Source: an uncultured Myxococcales bacterium (lineage in GTDB: Bacteria > Myxococcota_A > UBA9042). From it: 64,000 bases of DNA. The notes beneath the pieces were generated by a model. The model had not been told where the DNA came from. It did not search any database and worked only from the letters and a program-made list of their open reading frames with translations. The stretch covers positions 22,859 through 86,858 of the forward strand of contig CAISBR010000168.1 in assembly GCA_903883645.1 (NCBI GenBank), given 5' to 3'. Positions 1-14,445 of the stretch are shown piece after piece. A program made the translations under genes and the position numbers. The first letter of the stretch is position 1, and each line of letters starts with the position of its first letter.

Positions 1-2258
1 AACGCGTTACCGATGTCGAAGAACATCAGGCCGCGCAGGTTCATCGGGGCCTTGATGATCGGCACTTCGATTTCGTTGTTCAGGTAGATCTGCCGCGTAC
101 CGCCGATGGTAAACGCCGATAGCGACGATGCCGGATCGCCCGACGACGGAATTGCGATCTGCGGGCCCAGCGAATTGCGCGCATAACCGCGGACGTTGAA
201 GATACCGCCCACGAAGAAGCGCTCGAATAGGGGCACGACCTTGCCCTTGGGCGCTTCGATGATGCCGCCGACGAGGTTGAAGCGGAGCACGCCGTCGAGC
301 GGCAGGGGGAAGAAGCGGCGAATTCGTGCGGTAAAGCGCGTGAACAAGTTGTCGCTGCCGATGTACTGGTTGGCCCACTCGGCGGTGCCCGACACGTACC
401 AGCCGGTGGTGGGGAACATGCGATCGTCGCGCGAGTCGAAGCTGAGGGTGCCGCGCAGGGCCGAAGTGAAGCCCGAGCCGAAGTAATTCGAGATGGGTAC
501 GTCGGTGCGGCCCGATAAGCCGCCGATTTTTGAGATGACTTGTTCGCCGGTGTAACCGATGTCGGCGATGAGCATGTCGGTGATGCGGTAGCCCCACGAG
601 AAGCCGCCGCCGGTGGCGCGCCGCGAAAAGTCGGTGTAGAGCTGGTCGAACCGGTAGAGATCAATCGAGAAGGTGACGTTGCTGTCGAGGAAGTAGGGCT
701 CGAAGAACGACGCCTGGAACACGGTGCGGATCGACGACAGCTGGCCCTGCACGCTCATGCGCTGTCCGCGGCCCAAGAAATTATCCTTGGCGATCTGCAT
801 GGTCGCGATAAAGTTGTCGATCGACGAAAACCCCATGCCCACTTGGAACGTGCCGGTGGTGCGCTCTTTGACTTCGACCACCACGTCGAGCACTTGCGGA
901 ATCGCCGTGGGCTTGGTCTTGATCTCGACCTTCTCAAAATAGCCAAGGCGCTGGATTTTGGCCTGGCTCTGCTGGATTTTCGCCTCGCTGTAGAGCTCGC
1001 CTTCTACGATGGTCATCTCGCGGCGAATCACCTTGTCGCGCGTCGAGGTGCCGCCGGCCAGCGAAATCGAACCGAAAAAGCACTTTTTGCCGCGCTGGAC
1101 GCGGTAGGTCCAGTCGACGGTGCGCTTGTCCATGTCGGGTACGGAATTATTTTCGACCGTGGCGTGGGCAAAGCCGGCATTCTTCTGCAAATCGCGAATC
1201 TTGTTGCCGTCTTGCTGCACCATGGCGTAGTTGAAGATGTCGCCGGGCTTCAGCGCCAGCTGCGGCACCACCTTGTCGGCGGGCTCGACCGAGTCGCCTT
1301 CGACCATCACCTTACCCACGCGAAATTGCGGCCCTTCGTGGATGCGCACCGCGATGGTGATGTACTTCATGTCGGGCGACAGGCTGACCAGCGGTTCGTC
1401 GATCTTGGCCTGAATATAGCCGCGCGTGAGGTACAGGTACTGCAGAATCTGCACATCCATGTCGAGGTTATCGGGCTTAAAATTGCCGCCCTTGCCGATA
1501 ATCGACGTGATGCCGCCCTCTTGCGTGCGCAGCACCGCCTTGATGTCGTCGTCGGCCACACCCTCGTTGCCCAGCAATTGCACTTCGCGCACCTTGACTT
1601 CGGCGCGCTCGACCACGTCGAACACCACCTTGACCTGGTTCTGCGGCTGCGGCTCGACATGGTGGCTGACGGTGGCCAAAAAATAGCCCTCGTCGCGGTA
1701 TAAATCTTTGATCTTGGTTACATTTTGCGCGGCGTCTTGCGGGCTGTACAGGTTGTTGACGCGCAGGTCGATGATCTTGTTGATCGACTCGGTCGACTGT
1801 TCGGTATTGCCGCGGATCTCGATACCCGAAATCGATGGACGTTCAAGCAGTTGGAAGCGCAGCTCGACCGGCGTCTCGGTGGCATCGGGCTTTTGCGGCA
1901 GGCGCCGCAGGCCCACGCGCACATCGTCGAAAAGCCCAAGCTGAAACAGCCGTCGCACATCTTCGGCCACGAGCTGCGGATCGACCGCCATGCCCTCGCG
2001 ACTGCGGATTTGCCCAAGCGCCACCTTGCTTTCGACGCGCTCGAGGCCAGCGAGCGACAGCTTGGTGATCACGAGCTGCAGCACCGGCGTCTCGTCGGGC
2101 AGCGGCTCGGTATCGTCGGCGGGTGGAGTCTCGTCTTCCGACTTCTCGGGCTTCGACAGGGCCCCGCGGCCAAAGAGCGAGCCATCGTCGGCCCGGGCAA
2201 AGCTTGGCCACATCGCCAAGAAAAGTGTGCAAAGACAAGCAACTCGTAGCCTATGCAT
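1..2258 (-). CDS. bamA: Outer membrane protein assembly factor BamA, 5' part; the C-terminus lies beyond the left window edge and the ORF track does not list it because it runs off the edge
   Basis: Manual minus-strand translation from the ATG at 2258 gives [23 protein letters not shown], a signal peptide. This is followed by POTRA-like repeats (..ITIAVRIHEGPQFRVGKV..) and the start of a beta-barrel (..FFDIGNA..). GC3 is high throughout. The start shares one nucleotide with the lolD stop (TGATG). Confidence 0.85.
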   Translation of the reverse strand, partial: MHRLRVACLCTLFLAMWPSFARADDGSLFGRGALSKPEKSEDETPPADDTEPLPDETPVLQLVITKLSLAGLERVESKVALGQIRSREGMAVDPQLVAEDVRRLFQLGLFDDVRVGLRRLPQKPDATETPVELRFQLLERPSISGIEIRGNTEQSTESINKIIDLRVNNLYSPQDAAQNVTKIKDLYRDEGYFLATVSHHVEPQPQNQVKVVFDVVERAEVKVREVQLLGNEGVADDDIKAVLRTQEGGITSIIGKGGNFKPDNLDMDVQILQYLYLTRGYIQAKIDEPLVSLSPDMKYITIAVRIHEGPQFRVGKVMVEGDSVEPADKVVPQLALKPGDIFNYAMVQQDGNKIRDLQKNAGFAHATVENNSVPDMDKRTVDWTYRVQRGKKCFFGSISLAGGTSTRDKVIRREMTIVEGELYSEAKIQQSQAKIQRLGYFEKVEIKTKPTAIPQVLDVVVEVKERTTGTFQVGMGFSSIDNFIATMQIAKDNFLGRGQRMSVQGQLSSIRTVFQASFFEPYFLDSNVTFSIDLYRFDQLYTDFSRRATGGGFSWGYRITDMLIADIGYTGEQVISKIGGLSGRTDVPISNYFGSGFTSALRGTLSFDSRDDRMFPTTGWYVSGTAEWANQYIGSDNLFTRFTARIRRFFPLPLDGVLRFNLVGGIIEAPKGKVVPLFERFFVGGIFNVRGYARNSLGPQIAIPSSGDPASSLSAFTIGGTRQIYLNNEIEVPIIKAPMNLRGLMFFDIGNA

Positions 2259-2977
2259 CATGCCGCCTCGCTTTCGAAACGGCCATCGACCATCCGCGCT
2301 ACTCGCCGCATCCGCGCCGCCAGCTCTTGGTTGTGGCTCACCACCACGAACGCAGTGCCGGTCTCGGCGTTCAGTTGCTCCATCAGCAGGTGCATATCTT
2401 CGGCCGTGCGCCCATCTAGATTGCCGGTGGGCTCATCGGCAAGCACCACTTTGGGCTGCATGACGAGCGCCCGGGCCAGGGCGACCCGCTGCTGCTCTCC
2501 GCCCGATAACTCGCCGGGATGATGATCAAAACGCTCGGCCAAACCGACGCGCTCCAGCAGATTGCGGGCGCGCTCGCGGGCCATGGCGGTGTTCTCGCGG
2601 GCGATCAAGGTGGGCATCAACACATTCTCGAAGGCGGTCAGCTCGGGTAGCAAGTGATGGAACTGAAAGACAAACCCGACGAAGCGGTTGCGAAAGGCCG
2701 CGAGTTCAGCATCGCTGAGGTGGTCTAGGCGCTGGCCATCGTACAGGATTTCGCCTGAGCTGGGGCGATCGAGCGTGCCCAAAAGGTGCAGCAGTGTCGA
2801 CTTGCCCGAACCCGAGCGGCCGACGATACCAACCATGTCGCCAGGATACAACGTGAGCTGCACGCCCCTCAACACGTCGATGCGGCGGCTGCCCAAGTCG
2901 AACCACTTGGTGACGTCGCGCGCTTGCAGCAAGGGCGTTGGCCCCGAAGAGCTGGCCATGTCGGCGTTTTCAACCAT
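2258..2977 (-). CDS. lolD: Lipoprotein-releasing system ATP-binding protein LolD (ABC ATPase)
   Basis: Walker [10 protein letters not shown], the ABC signature [15 protein letters not shown] and a Walker [11 protein letters not shown] are present. The ATG for [10 protein letters not shown].. at 2977 overlaps the upstream permease stop (ATGnnTGA). The ORF track's longer TTG start at 3064 is probably spurious. Confidence 0.85.
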   Translation of the reverse strand: MVENADMASSSGPTPLLQARDVTKWFDLGSRRIDVLRGVQLTLYPGDMVGIVGRSGSGKSTLLHLLGTLDRPSSGEILYDGQRLDHLSDAELAAFRNRFVGFVFQFHHLLPELTAFENVLMPTLIARENTAMARERARNLLERVGLAERFDHHPGELSGGEQQRVALARALVMQPKVVLADEPTGNLDGRTAEDMHLLMEQLNAETGTAFVVVSHNQELAARMRRVARMVDGRFESEAA

Positions 2978-5369
2978 GACGCAGACCTTCGAGCGGTTCG
3001 AGCTTGGCCGCCGACCGAGCGGGGAAGATGGTGGCGAGCAGCGAAATTCCCATCGAAACTGCAATCACCACAAGTAGTTCCGTTGGCTGCAGCCGCACTG
3101 GCAACGTGCGCACGTAGTAGGCTTCGGGCAACTGGATGCCGAGCAGTTCGATGAGGCCACAGGTGCCCAAACCCAGAATAGCGCCAGCGGTTGTGCCCAT
3201 TACGCCGATGACGCCGCCCATCTGTACGAAGGCGCTGCGGATATCGCTGGCGGCCGCCCCCATCGCGCGCAGCATGGCGATGCTGTCATGTTTTTGCAAG
3301 ATAACCATGGTCAAGGCCGACACAATGGAAAAGGCGGCCACCAGGATGATGAGGCCGAGAACCAGAAAGATGACGAGGCGTTCAAAGGCCAGGGCCGAAA
3401 AAAGCGAACGGTTCAGCTCGCGCCAGTCTACCACCTCGAGGTCCGAAGAACCATGTACTTTCAAGGTGTCGCGCACGAGTGCGAGGACCGCATCGGGCTC
3501 TTCAGGGTGGTCGAGCCGCAACTCGAGCACATTGGCTTCGCCGGCAAAGTTAAAGTAGCGGGCGGCCTCGCCAAGGGTCATGTACGCCACTTTTGAATCG
3601 GCTTCGTACAGCCCGGTCTCAAACGTGCCGGCCACCCGGTAGCTGCGCACCCGCGGCCGCAGCCCCGTGGGGCCCACATCGCCATCCGGCGTCACCACTT
3701 CTAGGCGATCGCCCAGCTCGACCTGCAGCGAGCGCGCCAGCTCGACACCAATCAGAATGCCTGGCGATACGGGCACATCCACCTGTTCGGGCGCGGCGCT
3801 GGGCGGGTCGTCGGCTAGCCCAAAAAACGTACCGCGACTGGGCTTGTCGGCCGGCCGCGGCAGATCGATGGGCAGATCGCGCGGATTTACTTCGGGGCCT
3901 AGCGGCTCGCTCGCCGGCGGGAGCCTCTTTGCACTGCCACTCGGCAGCACCAGCATCTCGCGTTGCGGCGGCGCAGGCTCGGCGGCGCCCGGCGGCAGGC
4001 GGTGCATCGCGTCGAGCATAGAATCAGCCGAGGCGGTTGTAGTAACAGGTAGTTCGCTGGGAGTGGGCGGCAGGTCGCTTACCGCCGTGGCCGGTCGCCG
4101 CAGCATGGCGCGGTCGCTTCCGAGCGCGGTGGGCGACCGCAAAAGGGCCAGCGAGCCGCTGCGCATGGTCGAGCCCAGCTCGCGCTCTACCTCGGGCAAC
4201 TCGGCGTCGATGCCGCGAATTGATACGAAATTATTGACGTTGTAGGCCGACGACAGGATCGCGTCGCCGCGGATCTGCGGGCTGACCCCGACCACTCCGT
4301 CGACAGCGCGCAGGGACCGAGCTAGGGCAGCCGCGTGGGCAAACGGCTTGGCCCGACCCGGCGCTTCGATGAGGGCATGGGCGTTGGCCACCAGCATCTT
4401 CTGCCGCAAATCTGCAGCAAATCCGCCCATTACCGACAGCACCACAATGAGCGCCCAGGTGCCCGCCGACACGCCCACAATCGACACGAACACCGGCACG
4501 CTGACCTTGGGTTGCCCCTGCAGCAGCAGGTAGAGACCCACAGCGCTGGCGCCGGCGGCGGCCGACACCAGGCCCACCGTCATAAATGAAATTCCAAACT
4601 TGGAGCGAACCAGCAGGGTCAGCGCCAGCAAAAGAACGGCGAGCGGCAGCCCCCAGCGCCCGCGCCGAGCCAGCCGCCCTGCCATGCCCACACCCGCACC
4701 GGGCCGCAGCAGGCCCAAGGCCCCAAACACGAGCAAACTACTCAGCAAAAATGCCGGATCGAGATATGGCAGCACCGCTGGATGCCGCCCGCTCAGACCT
4801 GCACCCAGCACGGCAGCAATCGGCAAGGCCATCGCCAGCGTGGCGCGCAGCGCGTGCGGCCCGACCGCGGCAATCGCCAAAAGCAGCGCATGCAAAGCCA
4901 ACAATGCCGAAAGGTTGCGACCCATCAGCCAGTGCAGGCTCGCCCCATGCAGCTGGCACCACGCGCCCGCAGCGCCCAGCCCCGCCAACGCCAGCAGCCC
5001 CCCAAGCAATTGCAGCGGCCGCCACTCGCGCGGGGCATCGCCCGCCACATCGACTTGGGTGAGCAGCACTTTGACAAAGCGCAATGGCCACGGCTGGTAC
5101 GCCCGCGCCGACGTCAGAAACGACCACGCCACAAAAGTGGGCGCCCGGTGCAGCAGTGGCTGACTCGCCACCCGCACCAGGGCCAGGCCGATCGCAGAAA
5201 ACGCCGCCGCAACGCCGATCGCCGCGACAATTACTCCCAAAAGCTGAGCAACGAGCATGGCTTGGAAGGCGATCTGCTGATCTTGCGAACGCACCAACGC
5301 TTCGGGCACGGCCGCCAGGACCGCTACCGCCGCCAGCGTCTGCAGGCGTTGGGTGTGCGCTACCGCCAT
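2970..5369 (-). CDS. LolC/LolE (FtsX/MacB-type) ABC permease with an extra N-terminal polytopic membrane domain of about 280 aa
   Basis: The C-terminal ~520 aa has the LolCE/FtsX layout: TM1 ..[21 protein letters not shown].., a large periplasmic domain and three C-terminal TM helices (..[31 protein letters not shown]..). The first ~280 aa contain 7-9 additional hydrophobic helices in the same frame with high GC3. The start is 4 bp after the lysS stop. Confidence 0.75.
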   Translation of the reverse strand: MAVAHTQRLQTLAAVAVLAAVPEALVRSQDQQIAFQAMLVAQLLGVIVAAIGVAAAFSAIGLALVRVASQPLLHRAPTFVAWSFLTSARAYQPWPLRFVKVLLTQVDVAGDAPREWRPLQLLGGLLALAGLGAAGAWCQLHGASLHWLMGRNLSALLALHALLLAIAAVGPHALRATLAMALPIAAVLGAGLSGRHPAVLPYLDPAFLLSSLLVFGALGLLRPGAGVGMAGRLARRGRWGLPLAVLLLALTLLVRSKFGISFMTVGLVSAAAGASAVGLYLLLQGQPKVSVPVFVSIVGVSAGTWALIVVLSVMGGFAADLRQKMLVANAHALIEAPGRAKPFAHAAALARSLRAVDGVVGVSPQIRGDAILSSAYNVNNFVSIRGIDAELPEVERELGSTMRSGSLALLRSPTALGSDRAMLRRPATAVSDLPPTPSELPVTTTASADSMLDAMHRLPPGAAEPAPPQREMLVLPSGSAKRLPPASEPLGPEVNPRDLPIDLPRPADKPSRGTFFGLADDPPSAAPEQVDVPVSPGILIGVELARSLQVELGDRLEVVTPDGDVGPTGLRPRVRSYRVAGTFETGLYEADSKVAYMTLGEAARYFNFAGEANVLELRLDHPEEPDAVLALVRDTLKVHGSSDLEVVDWRELNRSLFSALAFERLVIFLVLGLIILVAAFSIVSALTMVILQKHDSIAMLRAMGAAASDIRSAFVQMGGVIGVMGTTAGAILGLGTCGLIELLGIQLPEAYYVRTLPVRLQPTELLVVIAVSMGISLLATIFPARSAAKLEPLEGLRHG

Positions 5370-5372
5370 CCG

Positions 5373-7184
5373 CTACACGGCCTCGAACTCGGGCTCGTCG
5401 TGGCCCGCTGCACTGACCACCGGGTTCTCGGGGCGCATATGCGGGAAGAAAATCACTTCGCGAATGCTATCTTGGCTCGCCAGCATCATCACCAGCCGAT
5501 CGACGCCGATGCCGCAGCCCGCCGTGGGGGGCAGTCCGTATTCCAGCGCGCGCACATAGTCGACATCGAGCTCCATGGTCTCTTGATCGCCGCGGGCCTT
5601 GTCGGCCAGCTGCATCTCAAAGCGCTGGTACTGGTCCACGGGGTCATTCAACTCTGAGAAGGCGTTCGACATTTCGATCTTGCCGACATACAGCTCGAAG
5701 CGGTCGACAAATTCGGGCCGCAGGTCGTTGCGCCGCGCCAGGGGCGACGTTTCGGCCGGGTACTCCATCACAAACGTGGGTTGAATCAGGTGCGGCTCGG
5801 CCACGGCCTCGAAAAGCTCGACCTGGCACTTGCCGAGCTCGGCGTGATCGTCGAGGTGAATGTTCAGCTCTTTGGCGCGCTTGCGAATGACTTGGATGTT
5901 GTCGAGTTGGTCGGCCGCGATGCCCGCCCATTCGACGAGACCGTCGCGAATCCGCACGCGCTGGAAGGGCTTGCCCAGATCGATGATGCGCGGCGTGCCG
6001 TCTTCGTTGGTGCCCCAGCGCACGGTGTCGCTGCCGTTCACCTCGCGGCACAAGAAGCGCAGCAGCTCCTCGACCTCGTCCATCAAATCCTCAAAGGTCG
6101 CGTACGCTCGATAGTACTCGAGCATCGTGAACTCGGGATTGTGGCGCAGGCTGACGCCTTCGTTGCGGAAGTTGCGGTTGATCTCGTACACGCGCTCGAT
6201 GCCGCCGACCACCAGCCGCTTGAGATAAAGCTCAGGCGCGATGCGCAGATACAGGGGCATATTCAGCGCGTTGTGGTGGGTAATGAAGGGCCGCGCCGAG
6301 GCCCCGCCCAGCACCGGGTGCATCATGGGCGTCTCGACTTCGAGGTAGCCGCGGCTATCAAAGAACTGCCGCAGGCCACGCAACACTAGATTGCGCTTGC
6401 GAAAAGCCTCGCGCGCCTCTTCATTGACCACCAGATCGACATAGCGCTGGCGGTGCCGCGTCTCTTTGTCGCTAAGGCCGTGGAATTTCTCGGGTAGCGG
6501 GCGGATCGCCTTGGTCAGCACCCGGAGCGCCGGCCGGTTGTCGAATCTGCGCAGCCACAGGCTCGGTTCGCCGGTACGGGTGCGGAAAAACAGACCTTCG
6601 CCGCCCACAAAGTCGCCCACGTCGAGCAGCGGCCCGTCCCAAGCGCCGTCTGGCGTGGGCTTGAAAAGCAGGTCAAAGGTGTCGGCATCGACATCGCGCG
6701 AGAAATACAGCTGAAACGTCGACACATCGGTATCGCGCGCCGGCAGGTCGAAAAGCGCCCGGCGATTGTTCTCGGCGGCGCGCACCTGCGAAATCTGCGT
6801 TGCGGTGCGGTCTTGAATGCGGACGAACGCGACCTTGCCCTTGACGTTGATCGCCATGACCCGGCCCGCCAGCCTGACGCGCGGCGAGGTGACCACGGGC
6901 GCACCCGGCGATGGCGCCAGGTCGGCGGGAATTGGTGCGCCCTCTTCGATCGCCACAAAATTGTCGAGAAGAGCCTTCTGATGCGAGCTCTTGTCGCTGT
7001 CTTGCCCCGGCGCGTACCAGCGCAGCGCTTCGACCGCCGTGTGGGTCGGGGCAAAGTCGTTCGGATAGGCCACGCCAAAGCGGCTTTTCAGTGCGTCGAT
7101 TTTGGCTAGGCGCTGCCGCATCAAGGCGTTGCGCTCGAGCGCGGTGCCGTCAAGCTTGCTGTGATCAAAGGCAGAAGTCGTCAT
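5373..7184 (-). CDS. lysS: Lysyl-tRNA synthetase, class II
   Basis: Class II aaRS motifs are present ([40 protein letters not shown]) together with an N-terminal OB-fold anticodon-binding domain. The start is placed at ATG 7184 (MTTSAFD), which has GGAG 9 nt upstream. The ORF-track start at 7304 adds 40 low-complexity residues. A ~100 aa insertion follows the OB fold. Confidence 0.88.
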   Translation of the reverse strand: MTTSAFDHSKLDGTALERNALMRQRLAKIDALKSRFGVAYPNDFAPTHTAVEALRWYAPGQDSDKSSHQKALLDNFVAIEEGAPIPADLAPSPGAPVVTSPRVRLAGRVMAINVKGKVAFVRIQDRTATQISQVRAAENNRRALFDLPARDTDVSTFQLYFSRDVDADTFDLLFKPTPDGAWDGPLLDVGDFVGGEGLFFRTRTGEPSLWLRRFDNRPALRVLTKAIRPLPEKFHGLSDKETRHRQRYVDLVVNEEAREAFRKRNLVLRGLRQFFDSRGYLEVETPMMHPVLGGASARPFITHHNALNMPLYLRIAPELYLKRLVVGGIERVYEINRNFRNEGVSLRHNPEFTMLEYYRAYATFEDLMDEVEELLRFLCREVNGSDTVRWGTNEDGTPRIIDLGKPFQRVRIRDGLVEWAGIAADQLDNIQVIRKRAKELNIHLDDHAELGKCQVELFEAVAEPHLIQPTFVMEYPAETSPLARRNDLRPEFVDRFELYVGKIEMSNAFSELNDPVDQYQRFEMQLADKARGDQETMELDVDYVRALEYGLPPTAGCGIGVDRLVMMLASQDSIREVIFFPHMRPENPVVSAAGHDEPEFEAV

Positions 7185-7378
7185 CTTTGGCTCCAGGATG
7201 GGCTGGGTAGGGCGCTGCAACTGCACCAGCGCGGACCGCAAAAACGCCGCGCGCCGCTCCCGGAAGCTCCTTGCGGAAACTTCTGGGGCGGCGCGACGAT
7301 GCATGACGTGGGACGCGGAGTAACTCGAGCTGCAGATGTGCCGAGAATCACGGCCAACTCAAGTTCCTTGTCCACTCG

Positions 7379-7452
7379 TCGGGGCGACAGGATTTGAACC
7401 TGCGACCACCAGACCCCCAGTCTGGTGCGCTACCAGGCTGCGCTACACCCCG
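7379..7452 (-). tRNA. tRNA-Pro (anticodon GGG); the CCA is not encoded
   Basis: The reverse complement reads CGGGGTGTAGCGCAGCCTGGTAGCGCACCAGACTGGGGGTCTGGTGGTCGCAGGTTCAAATCCTGTCGCCCCGA. It has a 7-bp acceptor stem, D-arm GCGCAGCCTGGTAGCGC, an anticodon loop CTGGGGG (anticodon GGG with G37) and a T-arm GGTTCAAATCC. Confidence 0.85.
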
Positions 7453-7606
7453 AGTAGAAGAGACCCTTGCAGTCCAACGAAATGCTTCGCCAAGCTCAGG
7501 ATCTTCTTCATCGATGCACCAGCGCGAAGCCGGTGCGGGGCGGAAGTCTACGCGGCCTGCCGGAGCGGCGCAAGACACTGCACCACAAAATGTGTGCACG
7601 CGAGCC

Positions 7607-11329
<3,723 letters not shown>

Positions 11330-11461
11330 GGCGTTCTCGCTGCGCAGGTGCGCAATGGGCCAAAGAGTATGTTCGCAGGCGCGGTGAGCGCAAGCAATCT
11401 GACCAGTAGCGCGTATATTCAGATACTTGTGTTGGTCCGATGCGAGGATTTGCCGCGCCGA

Positions 11462-12499
11462 CTACCCCGGCGGTAGCTGGTCGCGCTCTGCCACTCGGTC
11501 CAGGGCGTGCAGCGCCGCGCGCTCAAAAGTTGCCGCCACCCAGCGCGATAAGCGGTCGCCAAACGCCGCTTGCGGCTTCCACCGCACCAGCAGCAGCTCG
11601 GCATCGCGGCTCGCTTGCAGCAGCCAGTCGTCGCTAGTCTGCACCGAGTCGATAAGGCCCATCGCCAGCGCGCGCTTGCCGTACCAGGTGCGACCGTCCG
11701 CCACCTCGTCCAAGTTCAGCTGCGGGCGAAATTCGGCGATCCAGTCCTTGAAAAGACTGTGAATATCGTCGAGTTCCGCGCGCACATGCTGGCGGCCGTC
11801 GTCGGTATTCTCGCCAAACATCGTCAGCGACCGCTTGTGCTTGCCCGCCGTCAGCAACTCGAAGTCAACTTCATGCTTCTTAAGTAGCCGGCTAAAATTA
11901 GGCAGTTGCATGACCACGCCGATCGACCCCACTACCGCAAACGGCGCCGCGACGATCTTCTCGGCTACCGCTGCCATCATGTAACCGCCGCTGGCTGCAA
12001 CCTTATCGACTGCGACCGTGAGCTTGAGACCCCTATTCCGCAAGCGCTGCAACTGGGCCGCCGCCAGTCCGTAGCCATGCACCGCGCCACCCGGGCTCTC
12101 GAGTCGGAGCAGCACCTCGTCGCCATCTTGCGCCGCCGCGACGACAGCGGTGACCTCTTCGCGGAGCTGTGTCACCTGCGATGCCCGTAGATCACCTATA
12201 AAATCGAGTACATATATCCTGCGCTTGCTCTCAGGCGCCTGGCCTTTGCGCTGGGCCTTGTCGGCCGCCTCGTCGGCCTTGTCGAGTGCCTTGAACTGTT
12301 TGGCAGGCATCGTTCGCTGCTGAATCGACCGCGCCAAATGGCGAAAACGCTTGTCGAGTCGCCGCACTTCGAGGTGATCGGGCTCGCCGCGCCGCTGCCG
12401 GCCGCCACTGGCCATCATGCGCGCCACTACCAGCAACACCACCGCCGCGATAGTCACCGCCTCGGCTAGAAACAGTCCGTACTGACTCAAGAAGTTCAA
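11462..12499 (-). CDS. sohB: SohB/SppA-family periplasmic serine peptidase (S49)
   Basis: The N-terminus ..NFLSQYGLFLAEAVTIAAVV.. closely mirrors E. coli SohB MELLSEYGLFLAK. An S49 core (..AASGGYMMAAVAEKIVAAPFAVVGSIGVV..) is present. The probable TTG start is at 12499. The ORF-track start at 12664 adds an implausible 55 aa. Confidence 0.75.
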   Translation of the reverse strand: MNFLSQYGLFLAEAVTIAAVVLLVVARMMASGGRQRRGEPDHLEVRRLDKRFRHLARSIQQRTMPAKQFKALDKADEAADKAQRKGQAPESKRRIYVLDFIGDLRASQVTQLREEVTAVVAAAQDGDEVLLRLESPGGAVHGYGLAAAQLQRLRNRGLKLTVAVDKVAASGGYMMAAVAEKIVAAPFAVVGSIGVVMQLPNFSRLLKKHEVDFELLTAGKHKRSLTMFGENTDDGRQHVRAELDDIHSLFKDWIAEFRPQLNLDEVADGRTWYGKRALAMGLIDSVQTSDDWLLQASRDAELLLVRWKPQAAFGDRLSRWVAATFERAALHALDRVAERDQLPPG

Positions 12500-12923
12500 C
12501 GTGCACCGCCGCAGCCCGCTTGGTACGGGCGCAAAAACACCTGCGCCGGTTCGCTCGAACTGTCGCGGCCGCCTCGCGTGGCGTGTCGAGAAAGACAGGA
12601 GCGGACCGGCGCTATAGATTAGCAAAAACAAGGGCTTGGAGTCGCAGGCAGAACCCTGGACCATGCAGTCCAGGTGGGAATCAGTGCGCGGGTCGGCCCT
12701 TCCACTGACAGCGTCGCTTCAGTGCCGGCGCAGGGCGGTCCTAGAACCAAACCCCGTGCTGCGCGCTTGGCGGCGGGTGGCTTGAGCGTCAACGCGACAA
12801 GCCCAATTCCCTTTAGTATTCATTACGGTCCCCGGGCAACGCCCGCGACCCCGAAGCCGCTTGCAGGATAATCCGCCCGGCCGAGCGCGCAAGAGAAAAA
12901 GCGCACAGCGGCCAAATTCTCTG

Positions 12924-14330
12924 TCATGGGGCCAAAACGGCGTCGACCGCCTTGCCGTCAATCTCGGGCGGCATCTGCAGCCCCAGCAGCCGGGCGAGCG
13001 TAGGCGCGACGTCGATTGCTCTGAATTCACTTGGACTAACCCGCGCCACCCCCGGCCCCGCCACGACGAAGACACCTCGCAGGTCGCTCGAACTGGGCAG
13101 GTAGCCGTGGCCGCCCGTCGCAATACGCCCTTTGGGGGCCGGCTTGGCGCCAAACCAACCTTGGACGTTCGGTTTAAGAAGTGCAATAAAATCAGGTAGA
13201 TTAGCGTCAAGATTCGCCGGACCCAGGCCAAGAGCTGCGTACTCGCCCGGCTCGATGATGCGCTCGACAGCGTTGTGGCCAGCGAGCCACTTGCGGGCCT
13301 TGACTAGGGCTGTATCTACTGGCAGCGCCTTGGTTTTCTTGCCCGCGGCACCGGTGATAGGCGGAGGATCGAGCGGAGACGTGCGACCCTTGCCGTAAAC
13401 GAACACGGCCTGGCCGTTTATCGCAAAACGCAGCAGCTTGCGCTCCTTGGGCTTTAGCGGGCTGTGCGTCAGTTCACTAGCCGGGCCGAACGCCTGGTCG
13501 AGCGCAAGGAAGCCGTGGTCCGACACGATGCAAACGGCCAATTGGTCGAGCAAATTGGCCTGCTCATAGGCGGCGAGCACGTCGCCCACATAGCGATCGA
13601 TCAGCTCGAGGCCCCAGCGCGGCTCGACGACATCGGGCCCGTACGTGTGCGAAAACGTGTCGACGGACAAGAAATGCAGCAGCAACATCCGCGGTTTTTC
13701 GGTGCCGATGAGCCAGCGGGCCACATCGCGGCTCCAGCTATCGAGCAAGAAGGCCTCTTCGCCGCCTAGGCGTGCCATATGGCTGACAGGTATCGTGATT
13801 TCGCGTTCAATCTGGCTGAGCAGGCCCTTGCTGGCGCCACTGGCAAAGGCTTGCGCGCCGTAGACCTCGGGCACATTCCAGGTGAGTGCGGTGTCTTTCG
13901 ACGTTTGCGGCCAGAGCAGAGCGCCGGTGGACCAGCCCGCGGCGGCCGCGACTTGCCATAGGGTACTGGCGCGATTGAGGCTGCGGTCGCGCTGCCAGCT
14001 TTCGACCACATCGTCGCGGCTGCGGTCGTAAAAGCGATTGCCAAGCACGCCATTGCGAGCCGGCACTGTCCCGGTGACCAGCGCGGTATGGGCCGCCCAG
14101 GTCATCGAAGGAAAGACGGTGCGCAGCGGCGCCGCGGCTCCGCGTTGCAGCAGCTTGGCGAGGTTGGGCAGATGCGCCCGGTTGCTGTCGAGTACGCGCC
14201 AACTGAGACCGTCGATGCTAATCATCAGCAGCTGCTGGGGTTTGCCGTTAGCGAATGCGCTGAGGGGAAGCAGTGCTGCGGCGATGGTCGCCAGACAGAG
14301 TAGGGCGCGTATGCGACCGAGATAACTCAC
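12924..14330 (-). CDS. Secreted ectonucleotide pyrophosphatase/phosphodiesterase-family protein (alkaline phosphatase superfamily)
   Basis: The motif ..MISIDGLSWRVL..FPSMTWAAHTALVTGTVPARNGVLGN.. is typical of type I phosphodiesterase/nucleotide pyrophosphatases. A signal peptide (..RIRALLCLATIAAALLPLSAFANG) is present. The GTG at 14330 gives a clean signal peptide; the TTG at 14342 is the alternative start. Confidence 0.8.
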   Translation of the reverse strand: MSYLGRIRALLCLATIAAALLPLSAFANGKPQQLLMISIDGLSWRVLDSNRAHLPNLAKLLQRGAAAPLRTVFPSMTWAAHTALVTGTVPARNGVLGNRFYDRSRDDVVESWQRDRSLNRASTLWQVAAAAGWSTGALLWPQTSKDTALTWNVPEVYGAQAFASGASKGLLSQIEREITIPVSHMARLGGEEAFLLDSWSRDVARWLIGTEKPRMLLLHFLSVDTFSHTYGPDVVEPRWGLELIDRYVGDVLAAYEQANLLDQLAVCIVSDHGFLALDQAFGPASELTHSPLKPKERKLLRFAINGQAVFVYGKGRTSPLDPPPITGAAGKKTKALPVDTALVKARKWLAGHNAVERIIEPGEYAALGLGPANLDANLPDFIALLKPNVQGWFGAKPAPKGRIATGGHGYLPSSSDLRGVFVVAGPGVARVSPSEFRAIDVAPTLARLLGLQMPPEIDGKAVDAVLAP

Positions 14331-14445
14331 TTTTGCCCCCAACGCCGCAGTGCGGCCGCGCAGCCAGATGGCTGGAATCCTGGCAGATCCATCGCAAAAT
14401 CGCTATGCTCGACGGGGCGAGTGCACCGCATTGCGGCGAGGGTCA

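Noticed and set aside
540-1703. 387 aa plus-strand ORF (with 196 aa, 194 aa and other ORFs at 7..664)
   Set aside because: These are antisense or off-frame shadows of the genuine minus-strand bamA gene. The products are Arg/His/Leu/Val low-complexity with no motifs. The real BamA frame translates into POTRA domains and a barrel but is unlisted because it runs off the window edge.
5781-6389. 202 aa plus-strand ORF inside lysS
   Set aside because: Antisense shadow. It starts at a TTG, has an Ala/Val/Leu/His-rich product, and the opposite strand encodes an unmistakable class II LysRS.
11330-11461. Possible cobalamin or SAM riboswitch upstream of metH
   Set aside because: B12-dependent metH is not normally riboswitch-controlled, and I could not recognise B12-box or SAM-I consensus elements by eye. 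It needs an Rfam scan before any claim.
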